This document shows positions 13,606 to 27,741 of a DNA stretch of 64,000 nucleotides, piece by piece. Both the position numbers and the translations under genes were made by a program. Below the pieces are notes generated by a model, which saw nothing but the letters and a program-made list of their open reading frames with translations, had not been told where the DNA came from and made no database searches. Each line of letters begins with the position of its first letter. The stretch's first letter is position 1. Source of the stretch: Lama glama (Eukaryota); the NCBI GenBank assembly GCA_028534125.1, contig CM052817.1, forward strand, positions 103,852,001-103,916,000, given 5' to 3'.

Positions 13606-14604
13606 TATGTGTTTTAATTGACTAAATAAATCACGTTATTTGAGCATTTTAATTTGTTCTGTGTGTCTTTCTTTTCCATGGCCTTTGGGACCTTGTTGGC
13701 AGTGGATTTGGAGGATATCAGAGCATCAAGATCATTTACTTTATGACAGCATTTTTCATAGCAGGAAACAGTCTAAGGAAGGACTAATGGATATTATAAC
13801 AACACTGGTCTGGCTGCTATGTTTGATGATTATTAATCTTGCTACACAGCCTGTGTAATGTATTTGTAGAAGTGCATTTTTATTTTATTTTTCTGCAAGT
13901 TACCAAAAGAAGAATGCTCTGAATTTCACAAAGTATCTTTCAGCCCATACTTCTTTAAACACGCTGATATTCAAAATACTGACAAACTTTGTTTAAGGAC
14001 CTTTTAGGTGTAGTGCATTACATTAGGTGATGTGAAAATTACAAAATTGGAGGAGATATAATTTTTGTCTTCAAGGAACTGATGTCTAATAGGGCAAAGA
14101 ATGTTCATATGAGGTGAAATAGTGCAAAAAGTATAAAATATAAAAATACACAGCAATAAGAGTGCTGCAGGGCCTGGAGGAGCGATCCAGAAGAGGGAGA
14201 GATGTCATGTACGAAAAGGCAATGTGGAAAGGTTTTATGAATTTAGGGATAGAAGGCACGTGTAAAAATAAAAATTTGCCAAGAGAGCCAACTGTCGGCT
14301 AAGGAAACTTACGTGATGCCATTATCTCAGAGAGAATTTATCAAGTGGTAAGTTCAGTTCAGAGGCTAATTTGATTTATTTTTGAGTGCACAGAAACAGA
14401 AGCAAACTTAAGAATTCTGCTGCTATAGTAGGAACACACTGAGAATTTATAATTCTATAGTAAAATATTGATAAACATGAGTGCAAACATCTTTGAGGCA
14501 CAAGGCATATATTGACCATGGAATTATCTTCTAGAGAATGATATTATGCAGTTATTCTTAAAATATCCTTTATTTTTTAAAATGTTGGTCATTATTGGTA
14601 TTTG

Positions 14605-15645
14605 TGTAAATTTTATTTTAATGTAATTTCAAACTTACAGAAAAGTTGCAAGCAATTCCCATATATCCTTTTTGCAGTTATTTTGACCATTTATTTTGTA
14701 ATTTTCTCTTTCTGTACTTATGTGTGTATAATATACTTAATGTTCTATATTCTCTCTCTATATATATATATACACTATACATAGCAGATAAAGATGTACA
14801 CACATGTATTTTTTTCTGAGTCACTTAAGAATGAGTTAAAGACATCATGCCTTTTTACTCTTAAATATTTTGATGTGCATTGGTAAAGACAAAGATACTC
14901 TTTAATGAAACTACAACATAGTTATCAAAATTATAATATCTAACCTTGATATAATGCTGTTATCTAATATGCAGTCCATATTCAAATTTCACCAGTTGTT
15001 TCAATCACATCTCCTTTATGTCTATTTATTTTTTCTGTTCCAGGGTCACCCATTGCATCTAGTCGTTATGTCCCTTAATCTGGAAGAATTCTTAAGCTTT
15101 CCTTTGTGTTTCTTGAATTTGGTAATTTTGAAAAGCCCAGGCCGGCTGTTTTATAGAATGCTGTTACTCAGATTCTGCTTGCTCTCCTCTTTATTAGTTT
15201 CAGTTAGGCATTTTTGGCAAGATTACTACCAAGGGGATTTGTGTCTTTCTCAGAGTATCACAGCAGGAGGCACACAATGTCCGTTTTCCCATTTATTGGA
15301 GATGCCGTCTTCGATCACTTGGTTTAGGTGGTGTGCACCAAGTTCACTCACTGTACAACTGCTATTTTTAATTTGCTTTCTAAAAGGAATTGTGGGAAAA
15401 TACTCTGAGTCTATGTTCTTATCCAACTTTTACCCACCGGTTCTCATCCACTGATGATTTTTTACTCCATGATTCCTTCTTATTAATTGGTCCATTCAAA
15501 CTGACTGCCCTGTCTTTTGACATGTCTCCATCAGTCTTTGAGCACTGTCTTACTTTCCAGAAGAACAAGATGTTCTAGGCTCATCTTGTATTTTTTCTGC
15601 TCTAGCAACGAATCAACCATTTCACCAACAAGTCCTATTCTACTT
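14605..15645 (-). mobile_element. Old L1 (L1MD/ME-like) 3' UTR
   Basis: 'taatttcaaacttacagaaaagttgcaag' and 'cagtccatattcaaatttc' are typical of old L1 3' UTRs. Confidence 0.6.
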
Positions 15646-15654
15646 TATACACCA

Positions 15655-17742
15655 TAGCCATTCTAACAGTGTGAGGTCATATCTCATTGTAGTTTTCACT
15701 TGCATTTCCCTGATAATTATTGACGTTGAGCATCTTTTTGTGTGCCTTTTGGCCATCTGTATGTCTTATTTGGAAAATATCTTTTTAGACTCTCTGCCCA
15801 TTTTTTAAATTGGACTTTTTGAGATTTTGTTATTGAATTTTATGAGTTCTTTATATATTTTGTTTATTAATAGCTTATCAGATAAATGATTTGCAAATAT
15901 TTTCTCCAATTCAGTAGGTTGCCTTTTCATTTTGTTGATGGGTTGTTTTGCTGTGCAGAAGCTCTTAAGTGTAATTAGGTCCCATTGGTTTATTTGCTTT
16001 TGTTGCCTTTGCTTTTGGAGTCAGATTCCAAAATTCATTGCTAAGACCAATGTCAAGTAGCTTACTATCTATTTTTTTTCTGGAAGTTTTATGGTTTTAG
16101 ATCTTACATTCAAGTCTTTAATCTATTTAGGGTTAATTTTTGTGTGTGGTGTAACATAGTGGTGTAGTTTCATTCTTTTGCATTTTGTTCAGTTTCCCCA
16201 ACACCCTTTATTAAAGAGAATATCCTTTCCCCATTGTATATTCTTGCCTCCTTTGTTGTAAATTAATTGACTGTATATTTGTAGGTTTATTTCTGGGCTC
16301 TCTATTCTGTTCCGTTGATTTATGTGTCTGTTTTTACGCTATTACTCTACTGTTTTGATTATTATAGCTTTGATATAGTTTGAAGGCAGGGAGACTGACA
16401 CTTTCAGATTTTTTTTTCTTTCTCAAGATTGCTTTAGCTATTTAAGGTCTTTTGCGGTTCCACACAAATTTTAGAATTGTTTATTCTATTTCTGTGAAAG
16501 ATGTTACTGAAACTTTTAGAGGAATTCATTGAATCTATATATTGCTTTGAGTATATAGCAAATGTAAACATTTTAACAATATTAATTCTTCCAATTCATG
16601 AACATAAAATATCTTTTGATGTTTTTGTATCTTCTTCAATTTCTTTCATTAATGACTTATACTTTTCAGTATAGAGGTCTTTCACATCCTACTTAAATTT
16701 ATTCCTAGATATTTCATTCTTTTTGATGTAATTTTAAATGGAATTGTTTTCTTAATTTCTCTTTCTACTGGTTTGTTGCTAATGTATACCAATTTTTATA
16801 TGGTTTTATACCCTGCAACTTTATTGAATTCATTTATTAATTCTAATAGTTTTTTTTTTGGTTGAGTCCTTAGGGTTTTCTATGTATAAAATCATGTCAT
16901 ATGCAAAAAAAAAAAAGACAGTTTTACTTCCTTTCCAATTTGGATGCACTTTCTTTTTCTTTTCTTTTTTCTTAGATTTCTATTACTATGTTAAATAAAA
17001 TTGGAGAGAGAAAGCATTCTTTTTTTTCCCCCCATGATCTTAAAGGAAAATTTGCAGTTTTTCACCATTGAGTACAATGTTGACTGTGGACCTCTCATAT
17101 ATGACCTTTATTATATTGAGGTATGTTACCTCTATACCCACTTTGTTGAGAGTTTTTATCATAAATGGATTTTGACTTTTGTCAAATGCTTTTCCTGCTT
17201 CTATTGGGCTGATCATACAATTTTTGTCCTTCATTTTGTTAATGTGGTGTAACAAGTTGTTGATTTGCTGATGTTGAACCATCTTTACATCCCTGGAATA
17301 AATCTCACTTGATCATGCTATATGATTCTTTTAATGTATTCTGAATTTGGTTTATTAATACTTTGGTTTGCATCTGTGGTCATTAATTATATCAGGCTAA
17401 AATTTTCCTTTTCTTTTCTTTCTTTTTTAAATGCCCTTATCTAGTTTTGATGTCCAGATAATGCTGACCTTGTAAAATGAGTTTGGAAGCTTTTTTCCTC
17501 TTGAATTTTTGTGAGACTTTGAGAAGGATAGATATTAAATTTTCTTTAAACAATTGGTAGAATTTACCAGAGAAGCCATCTGGCCCTGGACTTTTTTGGA
17601 GGTTTTTGATTACTGATTTAATATCCTTAATAATGATCTTTTTATTTAGATTTTCTGTTTCTTCCTGATTCCATCTTGGAAGATTTTATGATAATAAGAA
17701 CTTATTAATTTCTTCTGGGTTGTCCAGTTAGTTGGCATTTAT
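15655..17742 (-). mobile_element. L1 ORF2 fragment (~2.1 kb, disrupted)
   Basis: Minus-strand translation includes '[40 protein letters not shown]', an L1 reverse-transcriptase motif; multiple stops and frameshifts. Confidence 0.9.
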
Positions 17743-18200
17743 TAAAACATATTTAAATATAAACTTCATATAGTGTATAGGTTGCTATTAATTAAAATAA
17801 GACATAAAACATTATTGCTAATTCTTACCAATTTCGTGAATTCTGCCACTTTAAATACTGTAAGTTCTACTACAATAAAAAATAAAAATTTATGCTTTAA
17901 AAAACTTAGGAAAGTATCAAAACACACACTTAAGGTGCAGCTAGAATTATGGGAACAATATACTACTGCTAAAATTTTAGCTATTCTCTTCTTCCTTGTT
18001 TAGATTTTGCTTAAGATATTTGGCTGTTATAATGGTCTTGATTTCTTGTGAATATAATAATAAATGGTGCTATATATACAAATGGTTAATGAAATTATAT
18101 ACACATGTGTGTGTTCTTCCTCAAATTTCTGAAAAATACTAGATTTTTGTCTCACTGTGCCTCTTTGCTGATGAAGTTCGGGGGGGGGGGTGGTCTGCAA

Positions 18201-18221
18201 AGTGCTGTCCATGGTGCTGAA
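18201..18221 (-). promoter_or_regulatory. RE1/NRSE (REST binding site)
   Basis: Reverse complement is TTCAGCACCATGGACAGCACT, 19/21 identical to the canonical TTCAGCACCATGGACAGCGCC, with both half-sites and canonical spacing. Confidence 0.8.
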
Positions 18222-18554
18222 CTCAGTCTCCCTGACCCAAGTGCACAGCTTCACCATGAATCCGTAAAAGCACTGTCTCCTGATGTACACTTATGTGACT
18301 ACAGGAATTTCAACTACATACCAAATAAACTGCCATCAATTTCTTATAGATGGCTCACAAATTAAAACTTAACAGTCAATGAATTCTCATTCTTGCATAC
18401 ACTTAAGAATTTTGAAAGAAAATTCATTTTAGTAAGTACATAACAGACTGATCTATACATTAGAACAATAGTTTATTAATTTTCACATAAAAAGTATCTA
18501 AATGGATGCCTTACAAAGGGATAAATAATCTCATTTTAGTCATAAATTACTAAT

Positions 18555-19090
18555 AACTATCATTTAGTCTATGTTAGGTACTGTTTGAAGTGCTTCATGT
18601 ATATATTAAGTGATGAAATCATCACAGCAAACCTATAAAATAAATACTCATTATTTTTACTTTATAGATAAGAAACTTGAAGTACATAGGTAGACAATAG
18701 TGGAATTTTGAGAATCTTGTCCCAAGAACGAGTCAGTTCAGGAATGTGGGCTGGGGTACTCCTTTATTTCTACTGTGTGTGCATGTGCGTGTACTCACTA
18801 ATAATAATTGATTCCATTTGCTATTTCTTTAAGTACAGGCAGTATTGCATAGTGATTAAGAAAATTCAGAGGATAGATTTCCTGGGTTCTAAATACCACC
18901 TAGGATATCAGTAGTTTCACACATTTGCAAGTTGCTTTCCATTTCTGCACCTAAGTTTTCTCATTTATAAAATGTAAAAAATATTAGTACCCATTGCATA
19001 AAGTTGTTGTGAATGTTACATTGATGAATGAATGTAAAATATTCAGAAAAATACCTTGCATATACCAGAACTCAATAATAATAACTATCA
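18555..19090. mobile_element. Two MIR fragments (~18555-18690 minus; ~18840-19090 plus)
   Basis: MIR-like 'tttatagataagaaacttgaag' and 'gttttctcatttataaaatg...gttgttgtgaatgttacattg'. Confidence 0.6.
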
Positions 19091-19733
19091 ATTTTGCATA
19101 TTTTCATGATATTAATCAGATTGCAATCAGATTTTTGATAAATCTTATCTTGCTCACAAAAACTTTTTTTGGCCAAAGCACGTGATTTCAATATTTAATT
19201 TTCTTTCTTATGTATTTCTTTTTTATGGCTTAAATATAGAGATTTGCCTACTCTTCCATGCCCCATATGTATCTTCTAAATTTGATCTCTGTGGCTGGGT
19301 AAACAAGAAATAGCACAAATTACAAATGAAGACATCCAAATAAACAATGTTTTTCACTGTGTAGATAATTTACAATATATGATATTGACAACAGAAAAGT
19401 AATCCCTATTACCATTCATATATGAACCAAGTCAATTAAAGGCAAAAGAAAAAAATCAGTGTTTCTTGGCACATATGATTAGTTAATCATTATTTGGCAA
19501 CTAAGAAAAAAGTGGTCAGTTGCCACAATAAGATGGTCAAGTGAGACAAAATAGATAAATATCAAACCAGTATTGAATCAGGAATATAAACAAAATAAGC
19601 ACTTTTGGAAATGTTGCAATGCAAGAATTCCTCATAGATATTGTTTTACTTTAATATTTAAAGTAGTGCCATTCATTTATAAAGCATGGATTTGATTAAT
19701 AAATTACTCTAGGTTTGATACCTAGATACTCTA

Positions 19734-20326
19734 CTTTTTTTAATTGAAGTACAGTCAGTTACAATGTGTCAATTTCTGGTGTACAGCACAATGTTCCAGT
19801 CATGCATATACATACATATATTCGTTTTCATATTCCTTTTCAATAAAGGTTACTACAAGATATTGAATATAGTTCCCTGTGCTATACAAAAGAAATTTGG
19901 GTTTTTATATATTTTTATATATAGTGGCTAGCATTTGTAAATCTCAAACTCCCAGATTTATCCCTTCCCATCTCCTTTCCCTTGGTAACCATAAGATTGT
20001 TTACTATGTCTGCGAGTCTGTTTCTGTTTTGTAGATGAGTTCATTGGTGTCCTCTTTGTTCTTTTTTTTTCAGATTCCACATATGAGTGATACCACATGG
20101 TTTTTTTCTTTCTCTTTCTGGCTTACTTCACTTAGAATGATGATCTCCATGTCCATCCATATTGCTGCAAATGGGATTATATTATCCTTTTTATTGCTGA
20201 GTAGTATTCCATTGTATAAATATACTAGAGCTTCTTTATCCAGTCATCTGTTGATGGACATTTAGGTTGATTCCATGTCTTGGCTATAGTATATAGTGCT
20301 GCTGTGAACATTGTAATGCATGTACT
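19734..20326 (-). mobile_element. Young 5'-truncated L1 with TSD
   Basis: L1 3' UTR and ORF2 C-terminus ('MFTAALYTIAKTWNQPKCPSTDDWIKKL'); TSD TAGATACTCTA at 19723-19733 and 20327-20337. Confidence 0.9.
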
Positions 20327-22974
20327 TAGATACTCTATTGAATGCTGGTATGCAAACAAAGGAAAAACCAAACAAACAAAATGTGAGATGGGGTTTTCAT
20401 CCCTAAAACATTTGAGGTCAGTGGGAGAGATAAGTAAACAAATCATGGCAGGAGAGTATGAGGAGGGATGTATGAAGTGGTATGGGAATGAAAACACAGA
20501 GTGGCATGTGAGTGAGATTTCAAAGACTATGCAACTTTTTTTACCCTCTGGACTAGCATCTTAAGAGAACGTACAGTTTAGTTTTTAAAGTTTAAGCCTC
20601 AAGTTTTAAGTCTTCATTTTATACATTATGGTTGTGTGAACTTGTGCAAACCCCTTAAGCTTCATCTCAGCTACTGTAATAAGTGTTAAATGAGATAATG
20701 CATATAAAGTACTTAGCTCAAACTCCAGCATATTGATTTTCAGTATAATGTTTCTACTATGAAAGCTGAGAAAGAATTTGCCAGGAAACTGTTATGGAGT
20801 GTGGGTGGGTTCCTTTCAGACCTAAAACAAAGACACAGAGAGAGTATGGCCCTTAAGTAAAATGTAAGTGCACCTGACTGAGCAGTAGAAGAATAAGCTA
20901 GAAAATTAAAAAGAGTCTAGACTTTATGTTGAATATAAAGATGCTTTTGATATACATAATGGAAGATTTAATTGCCTAGGAAACATATAATGACAAGGTC
21001 AGTATGAAGTCAGTCATGTTTTAAATGAGTTGACATTTAATTAATCACAGTAGCACAATTTAAAAAGAAGTAGTGTGTGTATATGCAAGGCTGATTATTT
21101 CACAGAAAATCTGAGGGTATGTAAGGATTTGTAGACCATTTGCAACAACTCTGGTTGGAAACTACTGCCAATGATTATGTCAAACACTGAAGATTTTGCT
21201 CAGGGGAATGACATTGTCAGGTTTGCATTTGAGAAATGATACTCTGTACATGGTTGAAGGATGTGTTGTAAAAAGGTTGGGGAGAGGGTGGGGCTGTAGG
21301 CATGAACTCAATCAGAGGCTATTTCAGTGGTTTGGAGAAGGGTTATATATCGGTGTGTGTCTTGATAGGAAATGGAGCTCACAGCCTGTTGGAGTTTGTC
21401 ACAAGACTTTTTAGTAAAGGAAATACTGATATGTGAGTAGAGTTAAAGTAACCAAGAGGTTAGAACTAGCAAGAGTGGAAGCCATTACTACTCTTAAGCC
21501 TTACCACTCTTCCACTCCTAAGGTAACATTAGAGCCTGGTTGAGGGCTGAAATCATGGGAGAAGCTGTAGGACCTGATGGTTATGACACATCCCATAGGA
21601 CTCCACCAGTACACACAATAGAATGTTTGATTGGGAAACATAATGACAGAGTTGTTTGATGCCAGACATGTCTTAAAAGGACTGGCATGTAATTAATCAA
21701 AATAGAGTAATTTGTTACATAATATTTGTATGTGTGTATACAAAATATTAATTATTCCAGTGGGGTACAGTGAGAGGAAAGATCTTGCAGTGATGTTTAG
21801 ATTTCTTGCTTGAAACTTTGGATGAATGGTGGAATTGTTTATCAAGAAAAGGATTACAGAAGGGAGAGGAGGAAGAAAGAAGGGCTGCAGATGTAGTTAA
21901 GAAAAGGAAGATGCATGAGGTTCATTTTTAATGGTTAAAGTTGCTCTTTTATTATACTCTAGTTGCGTTATTCTAGTTCTCAAAGGCTTCAAAGTTAATA
22001 CCTTCTAAAGTTGCAGTACTAACAAGTTATTTGGAAAGAGGGACAGAGTACAGGGACATAGTGGAATATAATTTATAGCTCGTCATCACTGACTGATGAT
22101 GAAGTAAGAAAGGATTCCGCTGATCAGGACAACTAGAGAGAAAACTCTCTAGCTTAGGTATACGGCTTCAGGGTCTCAGGTTCCCAGCAACAACTCTGGA
22201 GAGCTTACTAATGTGGTATCAGGAAACTAAACTATGATTTTACAACATTGGCAGTTCTCTTAGGTTCAGCAGTGTGCCGAAAAATGGTATACTGGTTGCC
22301 CCAAATAAATTTTTCCTCTTCATTAGTTTGAAGCTATTTTATTGACACTATGACTCTGGACCTTAAAAGCACTGGTTTCCTTGTTTTTTTCTTGATACTA
22401 TAAATTACTCTTTAATGAACATCTTTGCAGATGTTTCTCATATTTTTCAGGTTATTTCTCTATAGTAAATTTTTAAAAAACCAAATTACTACCTCAAAGT
22501 CTATGGGAAATCTTAAAGCATTTGGCATGTATTACATGTCATAAAAATATTACTTGATACTTGAAAAACTGTATCTTAATTTTTAACTTTGAACTTCAGA
22601 CTTGAATTTTCACGCTTTTTTTGCTACTGGCATTCCTTTTATTGTGATTTTTTTCGTCTCTTTCCTTCTCATCTGCTGAGATCTTAGCACTGTTTATTGA
22701 TTTGTACAATCTCTTTATATGTTTAATATGCCAACAATTTGTTGCAAATGTTTAATACAGTTTATTAAACTTTAAATTTTTGATATTCAAGAAATTTTGT
22801 TATTTAATAAAATATGTTTTTTTAAGGTTTTTATTTCCTTTATTGCTTATAGCTTAGAAATTCCTTTTCTACTGAGATAAATGTCTATCAACATATTCTT
22901 CTTCATTTAATTTTTATTTTTACAATGTTTGACACAAATCCTTCCAGACCTATTTTGGTTCATAAACCAAATAG

Positions 22975-23145
22975 AGCAAGTGATTTAACCTCTTTGTGCA
23001 TCAGGTTTCTCTTCTATAAAAATGGGAATAATGATAGTACATACTTCAGAAGTTTGTTTTGAGGTTTAATTAAGTTAATTACATAATGAGCTTGAAGCAG
23101 GACCTAACATTTAGTAGGTATTCAATAAATATTAACCATCATTAT
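22975..23145 (+). mobile_element. MIR fragment
   Basis: 'gcaagtgatttaacctctttgtgcatcaggtttctcttctataaaaatgggaataatgatagtac'. Confidence 0.7.
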
Positions 23146-25914
23146 TTATAACTATTTGTCTAAATTCTAAAATCTAGAAATCCCTGAATATTGAAAAAAA
23201 TTTCGTGACTTATTTGCACAACATGACTTGAACAGACTTGGCTGCTTTTATCACGAATGGTGTGAATCTTTGTATATTATGCTACTGTGTTTGATTTCAG
23301 GGTGCTGACTCGAACCCCTTTGGAGATATAACACAAAATACATTATATAGCAAATATTTTCTTTCTTAAAGGATAAATGAATAAAAAGCTTTAGAATGCA
23401 ATTAATCTCCGAATCCAGGATTTGGTGCTATATTAGTTATTCATCAGCTGCTAAATGCCAGGCATCATCTTAGGTATTATATATATATATATACTTATAT
23501 ATTCTGTAATTTTAGTTAACCATCGTGATGACTCAGTCATACACTCACTCATTCAACCAACAATCTCCAAGTTCTGTTCAGGATGTTTGGCTATATCATT
23601 AATAAAGCAGAGCAATTTCTCCCTCCTTTTTTGAGATAGCATTATATTTCTTTGAGACTGTATCACCAATTATTGTTATAATTAATAACTTTTAAGGAGT
23701 GGTAAGAAATAACACTGTATTAAAATTACTCTAGAGTTGTACACACCTTGATTTCAGAAACATTGCAATAAATTAAGAAAAAAACTTAGTTGTATTTTAC
23801 AGGACAAAGTGAGGTCCAGAGAGATGAAGATATTAATCAAGGAATAGTGAATGCCAAAACTGGAGTTAGAACCTTTTCGAAGGTCAGCCTCTTTTCACTG
23901 CTCCATTTTCACATCTGTTGGAAAGAGCCCCAGCAGAATACATCTTCCTTTTCCCCTTCTCCTCTTCTTTCTCTCCCTTCCTGACCTAGTCACCAAAATC
24001 AACCACCCACAATTGACTGTTCCTTCTATCTGTACGAGGTACAGCTCAGGAGACCCCATTTAGATCTGTTATAATTATTACTATCTTTGTATCACACTTC
24101 CACTCTCTTTTCTCATAAAATCTTCTCAAGTAAGACAGAGGTCATTAACTTCCTTTCTCAAATGAGAAAGATAAAGTGGCTAGGTTAAATGAATTGCTTA
24201 AGCCATAAAACACATCACTAGGAGAGTCAGGTCCAGAAGCAAGGTTGTAGCACTTTGAGTCCTTTCCATATGGCTCTTGCTGTACTTTAGGAATTAAAGT
24301 AGACTTCAAAAATCATGAATGCCTATTGGAGTCTTTCCTTAGTAAATATGTTTTATCAGCGTTTTTCTCCCATAATAGTTAAAAAAATGTAGTCTTAGGA
24401 AAGTAGTCTGCTATAGGATTAAGAACTATGATTCAAAAATCAGAGAACTATCTCCCTGTGTGTGAATATTCTCTTCTGTACTGTTCTTAATTCCATGCCT
24501 GTACAGGGGATCTGCAAAGGTAATTGAAGAAATTTGAAGATATATACATGATCACAAGATCTGGGTGGAAATATTGAAGGCAGATCACTGATGTTACTAT
24601 AACAGCTGAATATCGTGAGCATTTGACTAAGAAAAATTCCCACTTAATATGATGAGGAATTGACATATGTTTAGGAAAACCAGCATCTCTATTTTCAGAA
24701 TACTTTAATTTTAGGAGACATTGTATACGTACATTTTTTCATAGCCTGCTGTTGTACATAGTTTCCTTTTTCTTGTCGCAAGCAGTGTGCCCATGTCGAG
24801 ATTTTTTCTCATCATTTCCTCTACCTTTAAACAAGTGTTTCCTCTATGATGACCACTTCTGTGCCATGTTACTGCCAATGACCGGCTACAGACACCTGAG
24901 ACAGAGCACCTGGAAAATGAGCACCTGGAAAATGACATGGGATGGGCCACCTGTCCTGTAAAATAAGCATGTTTACTGACAGAAGGACATACTGAAGCCA
25001 GAGTCAGGATAACATTAATATTTAGATCACATGTGTGCAATAAATTAATTTCTCTGCTTACATAGATTATGAATATAAGGATTCCCATTATTTGTTTACA
25101 TTTTTATTTCATAAATAAGAAATCAATAATACAAAAAGCTAGGTTAACAGCATACCTTCAAAGAATGATAATCTGTAATGTGTACCTTTTAACCTTTCCA
25201 CAAATCCATTCAAATAACTCTTGTGTTGCTGAACATCAGCCAATTATCAAAAAGGAAAGATAAAAAGGGACTTCAGGAAAAAAAATCTATATACTAAACC
25301 TTTCTATTTAAAGAAGCTTGGTTATACATCTGTGTCCAAGGAATATTATTTTCAATGATACATACAAATGGATCCTTTGAGATACAATGTGTAAAAGGAT
25401 CGATTTTCCTTGTTAATATCCACCATAGGGAGGGAAGCCTCCCTTTGTATGTGTGTTTGCCTTCCCAGATCCACTAATGGACTCATTGTATGGAAAAGTG
25501 AGTTGTTGAGGTAGACTTCGTCTTTATTTAAGTTGTTTATGGTTCTTATTTCAAATTTCATTTTACTGTGATCTGTCTCCAAGTATAAAGTCACCACATC
25601 TTGCTTTCGGTCTGAAACTCTTTAAGGAGAGATAAGAAACTAAAATTTATTTGGTATCCTGAGATTTCTTTTCTTTGTAAATAATTTTGGAAGTGTTTCA
25701 TTAACAGGGATAATGGAAATAAATTTTTTATGATGGATTGAGTAACTGATGGAAAAGTTCACAAAAGCATGTTGTCCACCTTAGTAAGTAGAATATGTAT
25801 ATAGAAAATCATCATGGTTTTATTTTTTTTAGAGAAAAAAATTATCTAAAAGTTGCTAGTATACTATTACAGGGACAGTCTTTATGTGTTAAGTTGATAG
25901 AATAAAATCTTAAA

Positions 25915-26100
25915 TCCGACTTGCTACTGGTTTAGTTGCCTGGACAATTCTTGTAACTTCTTTAGGTATCTGTTTCCTCATCTTCAAGAGCGGTTAATAA
26001 GATATTCGTGTCATGGCAGTTTTAAATTTCAAGTGGACTAATGCATGTTAGCACTCAGCACAGTATCTGACATGTCATAAGGGCTTAATAATACTAGTTT
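25915..26100 (+). mobile_element. MIR fragment
   Basis: 'tctgtttcctcatcttcaag...aatgcatgttagcactcagcacagtatctgacat'. Confidence 0.6.
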
Positions 26101-27278
26101 TGCTTATTATGTAATAGTAAATTCATACCTAGGAAAACTTGCTTTGAAAAAGTTACTAGCTATTAATGAATCTATTAATTTGGATAAAACCAAAGAATAA
26201 ATACTTTATGTTTCATGAAATCCACAAGGGAAAATACTAAAATATGTTTATTTCCCCCCAGAACAGTCACTGTTTTTGTGCAGACAATCATGTATCAGTA
26301 TGAAACAGTGCAGCAGAGCATCAATAATTGAGGCAGAGTTAATATTTCCACTCTGAGTCTTCAATTTCAACTTTTAATAATATATTCACCATTTAAATGA
26401 AATTAGAATGCAAGTTAGGTTTGTAAGATATGAGTTTGGATGTCAATTTTTCCTAAGAATTTTGAGACTTCTTTCGATGTAACAATTGGATGCTTTATTT
26501 TAGTTATTTATAGCTACCAACTTGGATAAAAAATATCTTGAAATATTCAAGCAGCACGACTTAAAAATTACAAATAGAGAAAAAAACATGCTCAGAAGTG
26601 GGGAATGTCAGTGGCATAGGCAAGGATCTTGGTAGGTTAACACACACTGAGAAAGAAGTTCTTGAAGAGATGTAGTAAATTTACTTTGCTAAAATCAAGG
26701 GCTGTGGTGAGGACCACGGCACAATAAATTTAATTCTCAAAGAAGGCCAGAATCATACAACTTAAGACTTTCCTTAGGGCCAAATAAATGAACACATGTG
26801 AATGCATTTCATTTTTCTTAAAGTAAGAGATAGAGGTTTTGCTTTAACCCTTTAAAACAGTGGTTAAAAAAAGTTGAAGGATACATTTTCTGATCTTTTT
26901 GGTTGTCTGAGTTCCCCAGATCTGCTAACCTTCTACTGACCTTGTTCTTCTCTCCCATTTGTGTATTAGGCCAGTGAATCGAGAAGAACAGTAAGAGAAA
27001 CAGAAGCAATGAAGATAGATGGGGCAACAGAGAAGCAATCTAGGAAAGAAGGTTTACAACTTGACCTTCTGATATCCTTAGAACAGCATCATTAAGAGTT
27101 CTAATTACCGCTTTGCAAGCAATTAGATCGTTTGTGTATTCTCAAAGATGGTCATTGCTCACATTACCAAATTCTTACCTCTCTTAGTTTTTTTTTTATC
27201 TAGTTGCTGTAAATTTTAAAATTCTTCATTATTTTGACCTTTAAAATATTTGTTTCTAAAAGTTTTTTATGCATTTTA

Positions 27279-27741
27279 TTTTATTTTTTACTGATGTATA
27301 GTCGGTTACAATGTGTCAGTTCCTAGTATACAGCATAATGTCCCAGTCATGCATATACATACATATATTCTTTTTCATTAAAGGTTGTAACAAGATATTG
27401 AGTATAGTTCTCTACGTTATACAGAAGAAATATGGTTTTTTTTATAATCTATTTTTATATATAGTGGCTAACATTTGCAAATCTCAAACTCCCAAATCTA
27501 CCCCTTCCACCCCCTTTCCCCTGGTAAACATGATTGTTTACTATGTATGCGAGTCTGTCTCTGTTTTGTAGATGCGTTCATTAGTGTCCTCTTTTTTAAT
27601 TTTTTTAGATTTCACATATGAGTGATATCATACGGTATTTTTCTTTCTCTTTCTGGTTTACTTCACTTAGTATGACAATCTCCAGGTCCATCCATGTTGC
27701 TGCAAATGGCATTATTTCATTCTTTTTTATGGCTGAGTAGC
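27279..27741 (-). mobile_element. Young 5'-truncated L1 with TSD (same family as 19734-20326)
   Basis: Closely similar to the 19.7-kb copy; TSD ATGCATTTTA at 27269-27278 and 27742-27751. Confidence 0.9.

Noticed and set aside
14954..15454. 166-aa hydrophobic ORF
   Set aside because: It lies in the antisense strand of an old L1 3' UTR; T-richness explains the hydrophobicity.
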